32,000 nt of DNA from Moraxella nasicaprae (lineage in GTDB: Bacteria; Pseudomonadota; Gammaproteobacteria; Pseudomonadales; Moraxellaceae): positions 330,001 to 362,000 of the forward strand of contig NZ_CP089977.1 of assembly GCF_025643275.1 (NCBI RefSeq), given 5' to 3'. Every line of letters starts with the position of its first letter. The first letter of the stretch is position 1. The notes under the pieces were generated by a model that was not told the origin of the DNA, ran no database searches, and was given only the letters and a program-made list of their open reading frames with translations. Positions 24,607 to 32,000 of the stretch are shown here, piece after piece. The translations under genes and the position numbers were made by a program.

Positions 24607-25284
24607 TCATGCCCACTGACCACTTTTCATGGTCAAAATACGGTCTGCTTTGGCAGCAAGCTGACGGTCATGCGTGACCATCAATAATGCCATGCCAATC
24701 GATGATTGTAATTCACTAAGCAGCTCAAAAACCATCTGAGCATTTTCATCGTCCAAATTACCCGTTGGCTCGTCCGCCATCACAAGACTGGGTTTGGTGA
24801 CCAAAGCACGAGCAATGGCAACACGCTGTCTTTCGCCACCTGACAGCTCGCTGGGGCGATGATGACAGCGATGAGACAGACCTACTCTATCTAGCAGTTC
24901 ATTTGCTTGTCGCTTGGCCTCTTTGATGCCAACTTCATGACGCATGAGTAATGGCATGGCAACATTTTCGGTTGCACTAAACTCTGGCAATAGATGATGA
25001 AATTGATAAATGAACCCCAAATGACGGTTACGAAGCTCGCCACGCTGTGTTTCATTAAGCGAACTTAGGCAAACATCGCCCAACCACACCTCGCCTGTGG
25101 TCGGAATATCCAGCCCACCAAGCAAATGGAGCAAGGTAGATTTACCAGAACCGCTACTGCCCACGATGGCGACTTTTTCGCCAGCCTGCACGGTCAAATC
25201 CAGCCCCGACAACACTTCGGTGTGGATTTTGCCTTCTTGATACACTTTGCTGATATTTTTGGCTTGCAATACAATGCTCATCAC
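24607..25284 (-). CDS. lolD: Lipoprotein-releasing system ATP-binding protein
   Basis: 225 aa ABC ATPase, highly collinear with E. coli LolD. Shared segments are [62 protein letters not shown] and [12 protein letters not shown]. It lies 6 nt after the lol permease gene. Confidence 0.93.
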   Translation of the reverse strand: MMSIVLQAKNISKVYQEGKIHTEVLSGLDLTVQAGEKVAIVGSSGSGKSTLLHLLGGLDIPTTGEVWLGDVCLSSLNETQRGELRNRHLGFIYQFHHLLPEFSATENVAMPLLMRHEVGIKEAKRQANELLDRVGLSHRCHHRPSELSGGERQRVAIARALVTKPSLVMADEPTGNLDDENAQMVFELLSELQSSIGMALLMVTHDRQLAAKADRILTMKSGQWA

Positions 25285-25290
25285 ACACTC

Positions 25291-26544
25291 CTATTCATAG
25301 CGTAGCGTTTGGGCTGGCTGGATTTTGGCAGCTTTATAGGCAGGATAAATCGTCATCAAAAAACTCAGCAAAAATGACGCAATCACAATCAATGCCACAT
25401 CAGCAAACTGCACCTGCGATGGCAGATAATCCATGCCAAAATACACACTGCCGTCAAATAAACTGATGCCAAAAGTGCGACTGATTAAAATCAAAATATC
25501 ATTGACCGTCAAAGCAAGCGTGACACCTAACACCGTACCCAGCACCGTACCAATCACGCCAATAATCATGCCTTGCACCATGAAGGTTTGCATCACAAGT
25601 TTGGGCGATGCACCAAAGGTTTTTAGGATAGCAATGTCTGATTTTTTGTCCGTTACCAGCATGACAAGGCTTGATACGATGTTGAATGCCGCCACAATCA
25701 CGATTAAAAATAGCAACAATCCAATCATGGCTTTTTCCATGCGAATGGCACTAAATAGATTGCCGTGCGTATTCGTCCAGTCGCCTGGCAGTAGATTGCC
25801 AGCGTCCAATGATGCTGCTTTTTGGGCAACTTGTGGGGCAACAAAAATATCGCTCAATTTCATACGCAGACCCTGAGCCCCTTCTGGCAATCGAAGCATC
25901 ACGCCTGCATCACGCATCTGCACAAAACCCATCGCACTATCGACTTCATTGCTGATGCGAAACACACCCACCAGCGTAAATCGCTTAAATCTTGGGATAA
26001 CGCCCGCTGCTGATGGCGAGGCCTCTGGCAATACCAAAGTCACTTTATCGCCTAACTGCAAGCCTAATGAAATCGCCATGCTCTCGCCCAGCACAATACC
26101 AAACTCGCCTTCTTTAAGGTCATCAAGACTACCTGCCAGCATATGCTCATCGATGATGGATACTTGTTTTTCATAAGCAGGGTCAATGCCTGTCACCATC
26201 ACGCCAGATACCTGACCTTCGGAGGTGAGCATGCCTTGCAAATGAATAAAGGGGGCGACTGCCTGTACCTCTTTATTGTCATCTTGGATTTGTTTGGCGA
26301 GCGGCTGCCAATCGGTAATGATGTCATAAGAGCTGACTGTCGCTTGGGGTACCATGCCCAAAATTTTTGATTTTAGCTCTTTGTCAAAGCCATTCATCAC
26401 AGATAAAACGGTAATCAACACCGCCACACCCAATGTCAGACCAATCATCGAAATGAGTGAAATGAACGAAATAAAGCCATTTTTTCGTTTGGCTTTCGTG
26501 TAGCGAAGTCCAATGAACAAAGCTAACGGACGAAACATAGTCAT
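25291..26544 (-). CDS. Lipoprotein-releasing system transmembrane permease (LolC/LolE/LolF family)
   Basis: 417 aa with the MacB/FtsX fold. The N-terminus FRPLALFIGLRYTKAKRKNGFISFISLISMIGLTLGV parallels E. coli LolC. It has a large periplasmic domain and a C-terminal FtsX-type 3-TM bundle. It is the only permease gene adjacent to lolD. Confidence 0.9.
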   Translation of the reverse strand: MTMFRPLALFIGLRYTKAKRKNGFISFISLISMIGLTLGVAVLITVLSVMNGFDKELKSKILGMVPQATVSSYDIITDWQPLAKQIQDDNKEVQAVAPFIHLQGMLTSEGQVSGVMVTGIDPAYEKQVSIIDEHMLAGSLDDLKEGEFGIVLGESMAISLGLQLGDKVTLVLPEASPSAAGVIPRFKRFTLVGVFRISNEVDSAMGFVQMRDAGVMLRLPEGAQGLRMKLSDIFVAPQVAQKAASLDAGNLLPGDWTNTHGNLFSAIRMEKAMIGLLLFLIVIVAAFNIVSSLVMLVTDKKSDIAILKTFGASPKLVMQTFMVQGMIIGVIGTVLGTVLGVTLALTVNDILILISRTFGISLFDGSVYFGMDYLPSQVQFADVALIVIASFLLSFLMTIYPAYKAAKIQPAQTLRYE

Positions 26545-26671
26545 TTTCCAAAAATTAAAATAGACGCATATTTTACCAATTATTAACGATAAACGCCAAT
26601 CAAACCGCTTCTTGTCTTGATTTTTTTATAAAAATCCCCATGATGTCAGCAGGTTTTTTTGAGATTTTATC

Positions 26672-27640
26672 ATGACAAACAGCACACAGACTTTTCATTA
26701 CCGCTATCAACACGACACACCTGTGATGAAGATTGACTTACCCAAAGACAAAAACGCCAGTCACGGCGACCATTGGGCGATTTTGACAGAACACATTGGT
26801 GATGATGTGCCAAACTGGCTACAACAGATGCTAGATAAGGCGACTTTACCAGTCGGATTGGGACAAAATCACGCCAACGCAGGCAAATTATTGATTGGCA
26901 CTAATGACACTTGTCACATCAAACAGATTCTTGCCATCAAAGACGGTAAGCCACAATCATTCATCAACGCCTTTCCTGCGGTCAATAGCCCATATGGTCT
27001 CACTTGCCAAATCGAACGCATCATTCGCTGCGATGAGACTTCTGATGCGATTTTACGCCTCAAAACCCCCGATGGAGCAATCATCTACGCCTTTGACCAG
27101 CTATACGCCATCAATCGCACCGAATATCGTGCCAATACAGATTATTATGTCAATTTTAGTGCGTGGGCATATAACATCGAACCCAGTCGAGATGATGAGA
27201 CGATTTTGGTTGAAGACCAAGACGCCATTCGCTATCATCGTGCCTTTAATGACATTGTTGCTGCCAATGATGGCAAAGTACCCAATGACATCGATGAACA
27301 AATTCGCCAATGGCAACCAAAGGACCATAATCCAGATGAGCCATTTGCCCCTGTTGAAATCAATCTAGGACACATGTGTGCCTATCTGTTTGGCGAGACT
27401 TTCGGTCAAGAAGACGAAGCATGGTGTCAAGGTCAGGTGCTTGGCAAATCATCTGACAGCTTTTTTGGACAAGACATCACTCTATTTGATGTGGTCATTC
27501 TAAGAGAACCTGACGCTCAGCCATTTGTGGTGCGTATTGCCACCCCAAGCACACCGCAGACGCACAGCATTCAAGTTCATGACTACATTCAGGCAAACAT
27601 TTGGCTACAAGCTACCATCTACGCTGCCAACCAAAAATAA
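26672..27640 (+). CDS. Hypothetical cytoplasmic protein (322 aa), no family recognised
   Basis: A long ORF fills the interval between divergent lol genes and a strong terminator. It is acidic, has no signal peptide or TM segment, and codon usage resembles its neighbours. I recognise no motif. Confidence 0.6.
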   Translation: MTNSTQTFHYRYQHDTPVMKIDLPKDKNASHGDHWAILTEHIGDDVPNWLQQMLDKATLPVGLGQNHANAGKLLIGTNDTCHIKQILAIKDGKPQSFINAFPAVNSPYGLTCQIERIIRCDETSDAILRLKTPDGAIIYAFDQLYAINRTEYRANTDYYVNFSAWAYNIEPSRDDETILVEDQDAIRYHRAFNDIVAANDGKVPNDIDEQIRQWQPKDHNPDEPFAPVEINLGHMCAYLFGETFGQEDEAWCQGQVLGKSSDSFFGQDITLFDVVILREPDAQPFVVRIATPSTPQTHSIQVHDYIQANIWLQATIYAANQK

Positions 27641-27649
27641 CTGGTTAAA

Positions 27650-27685
27650 CAAAAAACGCAAGACAATCAAGCTTGCGTTTTTTTG
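27650..27685. terminator. Bidirectional intrinsic terminator between the 322-aa gene and lrgB-like gene
   Basis: Stem ACGCAAG (27656-27662) pairs with CTTGCGT (27672-27678). It is flanked by an A-run on the left and a T7 run on the right. Confidence 0.8.
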
Positions 27686-27709
27686 TGATTGATGAACATT
27701 GATTGTCGA

Positions 27710-28411
27710 TCAAGGCAGTAAATACGGAACAAAAATCGGGGCAAGAAAAGCGGTGATGATGCCATTTAAAATCAGCCCCAAAGTTGCATACGCCACATAG
27801 CGAGAGCCAAGCTGCATCGAGCGAGCCGTCCCCAAAGCATGTGATGCCGTCCCCAACGATAAGCCTGTCGCCATTGGGCGATGAGATTTGGCGGTGCGTA
27901 GTACATACACACCCACCATCTGACCAACCACGCCTGCCACCAATACCGTCGCTGAGGCAATACCCACCACACCGCCTAGCTGCTCAGTCACTTCGATGGC
28001 AATCGGCATTGTTACTGATTTGGCAGCCACAGCAATCATGCTTGCCTGACTACCGCCAAGCCATCTGACCAATAGCACCCCTGTGATGATACCAAGCACG
28101 CTACCAATCATCTGCGAGGTCAAGATAGGCAACCACTGCACCTTGATTTTTTGCCATTGTACATACAAAGGAATGGCAAGACACACCACCACAGGTTGCA
28201 ACCAAAAGGTCAAATAACTGCTGGCTTTTTCAAAACTTTGCCATTCAATGTTCAAAAATTTTAACACAGCAATCACCACAATCGTGGTAATCAGCGTTGG
28301 ATTGATGAGTGGTTGCTTGGTTTTTTGTCGCAACCAAACACAGCATTCAAATACCGCAATCAATAAAAACAACAACAAAAACGGACTGCTTGACAATGCC
28401 TTAAAATCCAT
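27710..28411 (-). CDS. LrgB/CidB family membrane protein
   Basis: 233 aa polytopic membrane protein. It shows the LrgB-like pattern (KSVTMPIAIEV...GG, SLGTASHALGTAR) and lies immediately (2 nt) downstream of an LrgA/CidA-like gene. Confidence 0.85.
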   Translation of the reverse strand: MDFKALSSSPFLLLFLLIAVFECCVWLRQKTKQPLINPTLITTIVVIAVLKFLNIEWQSFEKASSYLTFWLQPVVVCLAIPLYVQWQKIKVQWLPILTSQMIGSVLGIITGVLLVRWLGGSQASMIAVAAKSVTMPIAIEVTEQLGGVVGIASATVLVAGVVGQMVGVYVLRTAKSHRPMATGLSLGTASHALGTARSMQLGSRYVAYATLGLILNGIITAFLAPIFVPYLLP

Positions 28412-28413
28412 CT

Positions 28414-28794
28414 CTACCCCTTTTGATTTTTATTTGCTGGTGTATTGGTGCGTTTTTGTAGGATTCTTAATCCCTGATAAGACCATGCTGTCCCAATCAA
28501 AACCAACACCGTGCTGACTGCCGTACCCACCAGCAATACCCAAAAATCATCACGAATCACATCAAGATACTGCATGATAGAGATACAAGCAGGCACAACC
28601 AGTAGCACCAGATAATCCAGCAGCACTTTGGCAAGTTTTTCCATTGTGCTTAATTTCACCAGTCCTGATTGTAAAGCAAAAAACAGTAGCAACAAGCCAA
28701 TCACACTGGGTGGCAAAGGCAAGGTAAGCCACTCAACAAGCACCTGACCGATGAATAGGCAACCAAAAACAATCAAAATTGCTTTTAAGACCAT
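28414..28794 (-). CDS. CidA/LrgA family (holin-like) membrane protein
   Basis: 126 aa with four hydrophobic helices. The N-terminus ILIVFGCLFIGQVLVEWLTLPLPPSVIGLLLLFFAL is typical of LrgA/YohJ. It is paired with an LrgB-like gene. Confidence 0.85.
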   Translation of the reverse strand: MVLKAILIVFGCLFIGQVLVEWLTLPLPPSVIGLLLLFFALQSGLVKLSTMEKLAKVLLDYLVLLVVPACISIMQYLDVIRDDFWVLLVGTAVSTVLVLIGTAWSYQGLRILQKRTNTPANKNQKG

Positions 28795-28805
28795 CTCAAT
28801 AACCC

Positions 28806-30065
28806 TTAGGATTTTAAACCCATTGCATAACTTGCCACCATCGGCTTAATACCTGGAATTTTGTCAAAAGCAATCAGTCCAACATTGCGAGCAAACTTCA
28901 TCACAGGATTGGTGCTGGTAAAACTACCCACCACCGTATCACAAAATTTGATGACTCTTTTTTGGTCACTTAGGCGAGAGCGTTCATAATGAGACAATCT
29001 GGCATAATCGCCAAAATCATAGCCATCATCACCTGCCTGACTTTTGGCGCGTGCCAGTAGCTGTGCTAGACTTCTGGCATCTCTTAGACACAGATTAAAG
29101 CCCTGCCCTGCCACAGGGTGCAAGGTATGAGCAGCATTACCCATCAGCACAAAGCGTCCCAAGACTTGTCTGTCCGCCAGCACCTTGCTCAGCGGATAAG
29201 CACCTCGCCTGCCTGTCGCCAAAAAACGCCCTGCACTATCGCCAAACACCTGTTGCAAAGTCTGCAAATAGTACGCATCATCAGTCAGGTAACGCTCTTC
29301 TTCGCCTTTTGGGCAAATAAACACCACAGAGCGGCGATGACCCTTAGTATCATCTGTACCACCATCGCCAAGACCATCTGTCAAAGGTAGTACCGCCAAA
29401 GGCCCTGCACTACTAAATCGCTCAATGGCAATATGCTGGTGCGGCTTATCCGTCTGCACCACGCCAACAATGCCCACCTGCTCATAGTCGTGTGCCTGTA
29501 TGCCAATGTTTAACAGCTGTCTGATTGGCGAATCCCTACCATCACACGCCACCACCAACGGAGCGGATAATTGCATCGCTGGCGTATCATCGTCAAACAC
29601 CACCTTGACGATGGCCTGCTTTTCATCTTGACTGATGTCAATCACACTAGCTCCATCATATAGCGTGATGTGATGATTATCCTTGACCGCCAACAATAGC
29701 TGTCTGCCCATGTGTGCATTTTCGATGACCTGACCAAAACTCTCCACACCCTCTTCATGTTTATTAAGCCTTGCTCGACCAAAACTACCAAGCTCACTGA
29801 TGGTAACTTCATCGATACGGCAAGCATGGCTTTTTAGTCTATCCCACAGACCAATCTCTTGATAAATTTGTACCGTTTTGCGAGAAAGTGCCGTATTGCG
29901 ACTGTCCAAGTATGCCTTTCTTTCAAGGTCTTCATCAGGGCTAATCTTTGGGTATCGCTGCTTTTCGATGATGGTGCTATCAATGCCAAAATGAGCCAAT
30001 AATAAAGCAAAAGATAAGCCCACTTGCCCACCGCCAACAATCAACACATGATTTGGGTTATTCAT
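28806..30065 (-). CDS. FAD-dependent monooxygenase, UbiH/UbiF/VisC/COQ6 family
   Basis: 419 aa. The N-terminal dinucleotide fold is VLIVGGGQVGLSFALLL. The motif VACDGRDSPIR and the C-terminal FAD motif LMGNAAHTLHPVAGQGFNLCLRDA are characteristic of ubiquinone-pathway aromatic hydroxylases. Which paralogue this is cannot be determined. Confidence 0.85.
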   Translation of the reverse strand: MNNPNHVLIVGGGQVGLSFALLLAHFGIDSTIIEKQRYPKISPDEDLERKAYLDSRNTALSRKTVQIYQEIGLWDRLKSHACRIDEVTISELGSFGRARLNKHEEGVESFGQVIENAHMGRQLLLAVKDNHHITLYDGASVIDISQDEKQAIVKVVFDDDTPAMQLSAPLVVACDGRDSPIRQLLNIGIQAHDYEQVGIVGVVQTDKPHQHIAIERFSSAGPLAVLPLTDGLGDGGTDDTKGHRRSVVFICPKGEEERYLTDDAYYLQTLQQVFGDSAGRFLATGRRGAYPLSKVLADRQVLGRFVLMGNAAHTLHPVAGQGFNLCLRDARSLAQLLARAKSQAGDDGYDFGDYARLSHYERSRLSDQKRVIKFCDTVVGSFTSTNPVMKFARNVGLIAFDKIPGIKPMVASYAMGLKS

Positions 30066-30213
30066 AATCAGTCCAATGTCATCAGTCTCATAGATAATCG
30101 GCTAATTTTAGCAGATTTTTGGTAAATTTGATATGAATGCATCAAGCGTATTCTAAAAGAACGATAAATCAAGTACAATAAATTCCATCACCCATTGTAT
30201 TAAGTGTCCGATT

Positions 30214-31386
30214 ATGAACAAGCAACCAAGCCTCTTAGAACGACTGACCATCGCCATGATTGGTTTTTTTGCCTTTTTACAAGTGTATTCAGTACAGGCG
30301 ATTTTGCCCGTATTGCAGTCTGATTTACACGCCAGTGAAGTTCAGATTGGCATGGCAGTTGGTGCAACAGTGCTTGCCATTGCTCTGATTTCACCATTCA
30401 TTGGTATGCTTTCTGATGCCTTTGGACGCAAGCGATTCATTGTCGGTTCGCTGTTTTTATTGGCGTTACCAACGGCGATGATTGGCTTTGGGCATACCGT
30501 TGATGAGTTGATTTTTTGGCGATTTTTACAAGGGCTGAGCATTCCTGGTATCACGGTTGTGCTGATTGCCTACATCAGCGAAGAATACAAAGACAGCCTG
30601 ACCGCCATGATGTCTTTGTATGTCTCTGGTACGGTACTAGGTGGATTTAGTGGACGATTTTTTGCAGGCTATTTGGAACATTTTATCGGCTGGCGTTATG
30701 GCTATTTGGCGATGGCAGGCTTGACGCTCATTGGGGCGGTGTGGGTGCTAAACAGTCTGCCCACCTCACGGCATTTTGTGGTGAGCGAAAACTTCAAATC
30801 CGCTTTTGCCACGCTCATCAGCCACACCAAAAATCCCCATGTCATCAGCAGCTGTGTGCTTGGTGGCTGTGTGCTGTTTTCTTTGGTGGGTTGTTTTACT
30901 TTCATCAATCTGCATTTGGCAGACGCTCCCTATCAACTCTCCACCGCACAGCTTGCCAATATTTTTTCTATTTATTTGATTGGCATGGCAATCACACCTT
31001 TGACCACACAACTGATTGCTCGTGCTGGCATGGTTAAAACCATCATGCTTGCCATCAGCCTATCCGTCATTGGCATCATACTGACGCTTAGCACGCCTTT
31101 ATCTTTGGTCATCGTTGGTTTAACTTTAATGTCATCAGGCGTATTCATCACTCAGTCAGCAACCATCAGTTATCTGACCAGTCATGTCAATCAAGGTCGT
31201 TCGCTGGCATCAGGCTTATACTATTTTAGCTACTATGGTGGCGGTTTTATTGGTGCTTATGGCTGTGCCATCGCCTATCAAATGGGAGCTTGGAATGGCA
31301 CAGTTGTGTTGATTTTGATATTGCAACTGATGGCCTTGATGATTGCTTGGTTTTTTATGCACCAAAAAACCCAATCTGCCCATTAG
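30214..31386 (+). CDS. MFS transporter (12-TM, DHA1-like)
   Basis: 390 aa. MFS motif A is present (GMLSDAFGRKRF) between TM2 and TM3, with about 12 hydrophobic segments. Substrate unknown. Confidence 0.85.
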   Translation: MNKQPSLLERLTIAMIGFFAFLQVYSVQAILPVLQSDLHASEVQIGMAVGATVLAIALISPFIGMLSDAFGRKRFIVGSLFLLALPTAMIGFGHTVDELIFWRFLQGLSIPGITVVLIAYISEEYKDSLTAMMSLYVSGTVLGGFSGRFFAGYLEHFIGWRYGYLAMAGLTLIGAVWVLNSLPTSRHFVVSENFKSAFATLISHTKNPHVISSCVLGGCVLFSLVGCFTFINLHLADAPYQLSTAQLANIFSIYLIGMAITPLTTQLIARAGMVKTIMLAISLSVIGIILTLSTPLSLVIVGLTLMSSGVFITQSATISYLTSHVNQGRSLASGLYYFSYYGGGFIGAYGCAIAYQMGAWNGTVVLILILQLMALMIAWFFMHQKTQSAH

Positions 31387-31434
31387 CCAAGCCCCACCAG
31401 ACCACCACATCACACCAAGCCAACCACCCGTGTC

Positions 31435-31471
31435 AAAAAACCGCTCAATGTTAACATTGAGCGGTTTTTTT
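31435..31471. terminator. Bidirectional intrinsic terminator between convergent MFS gene and rep
   Basis: A perfect palindrome pairs CCGCTCAATGTT (31441-31452) with AACATTGAGCGG (31453-31464). It is flanked by an A6 run on the left and a T7 run on the right, and abuts the rep stop codon. Confidence 0.85.
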
Positions 31472-31472
31472 A

Positions 31473-32000
31473 TCAGCGTTTTTTGGCATCAAGCATCGCT
31501 TGGATATTGCTTAGATAATTTTCTGCCACTTTCTTTGGGTCTGACTTTGGTCGTCTGTCTGGATATTGTACATATTCCTCAGGCATTTCGTCCAAAAAAC
31601 GAGAAGGTGTTGAATGCTTCATATCTTTACCAACTTTGTACTTTTTGGGGTATAGCACCGTCAGCTCTTTTTTGGCACGAGTGATGCCCACATACATCAG
31701 TCGTCTTTCTTCTTCGACACCATTATCGTTAATCATGGCATTTTTGTGTGGCAGGATTTCTTCTCTAGCACCAATGATGTACACAAAATCAAACTCCAAA
31801 CCTTTGGCAGCGTGCAGCGTCATGAGGCTAACCTTATTCGTATCGCTCTCCTCTCGCTCCTGATCTAGCATATCTAGCAAAATCAGCTTGCGAATGACCG
31901 CATCAATCGTTTTCTCATCATCAGTTTCAGCACGCTCAATCAAGGCAGAAATACTTCTATAAAGCATGTCAATATTATCCAGTCGAGCCTTTTCTTGATG
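31473..32000 (-). CDS. rep: ATP-dependent DNA helicase Rep, C-terminal part (gene continues beyond the window)
   Basis: The frame is open to the window edge. UvrD/Rep superfamily 1 motifs V and VI are present (LMTLHAAKGLEFDFVYIIG, YVGITRAKKELT). The C-terminus PSRFLDEMP...SNIQAMLDAKKR resembles the E. coli Rep tail. Rep is favoured over UvrD but not proven. Confidence 0.8.
   Translation of the reverse strand, partial: HQEKARLDNIDMLYRSISALIERAETDDEKTIDAVIRKLILLDMLDQEREESDTNKVSLMTLHAAKGLEFDFVYIIGAREEILPHKNAMINDNGVEEERRLMYVGITRAKKELTVLYPKKYKVGKDMKHSTPSRFLDEMPEEYVQYPDRRPKSDPKKVAENYLSNIQAMLDAKKR

Noticed and set aside
24153-24677. ORFs 24153..24446(+) and 24474..24677(+)
   Set aside because: The first overlaps the DUF3144-like gene out of frame and runs through a terminator hairpin. 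The second runs through the bidirectional terminator into lolD antisense. Both have junk-like sequences.
1-32000. Whole-window scan for CRISPR arrays, IS elements or transposases, integrases, prophage genes, toxin-antitoxin pairs, restriction-modification or other defence genes
   Set aside because: None was seen. All long ORFs are accounted for by housekeeping, transport or iron-uptake functions, except for two orphans that are isolated single genes rather than a system.

Overview
This window looks like ordinary core chromosome from a gamma-proteobacterium. The gene content, the AT-rich intergenic DNA and a transferrin-receptor operon suggest Moraxellaceae (Moraxella-like), but that taxon call is inference only. 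About 27 intact protein genes and 2 tRNAs are supported.

Gene order along the window:
- Minus strand: a three-gene RND efflux operon (membrane fusion lipoprotein, RND permease, NodT-type outer membrane lipoprotein).
- A tRNA-Cys(GCA)/tRNA-Leu(UAA) pair, then trmO, fpr, a HIT-family gene and a 223-aa orphan.
- ilvD, a GST-like gene, glnS, ppiB-lpxH (1-nt overlap) and orn.
- An iron-regulated tbpB-tbpA bipartite receptor operon with a Fur box.
- A DUF2062 membrane protein, metK with a structured leader, and a DUF3144-like small protein.
- lolD plus a single lol permease gene, then a 322-aa orphan.
- A tightly packed FAD-monooxygenase/lrgA-like/lrgB-like operon, an MFS transporter, and the 3' end of rep.

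Almost every convergent or tandem gene junction carries a clean A-run/stem/T-run intrinsic terminator. I saw no CRISPR array, transposase, integrase, phage gene, toxin-antitoxin pair or recognisable defence gene. I cannot honestly point to a convincing novel multi-gene system.

The items most worth follow-up are:
- A terminator-type attenuator or riboswitch-like leader upstream of metK.
- The unusual co-operonic linkage of a UbiH-family monooxygenase with LrgA/LrgB-like membrane proteins.
- Atypical architecture of the RND adaptor and outer membrane proteins.
- Two unrecognisable orphan genes.
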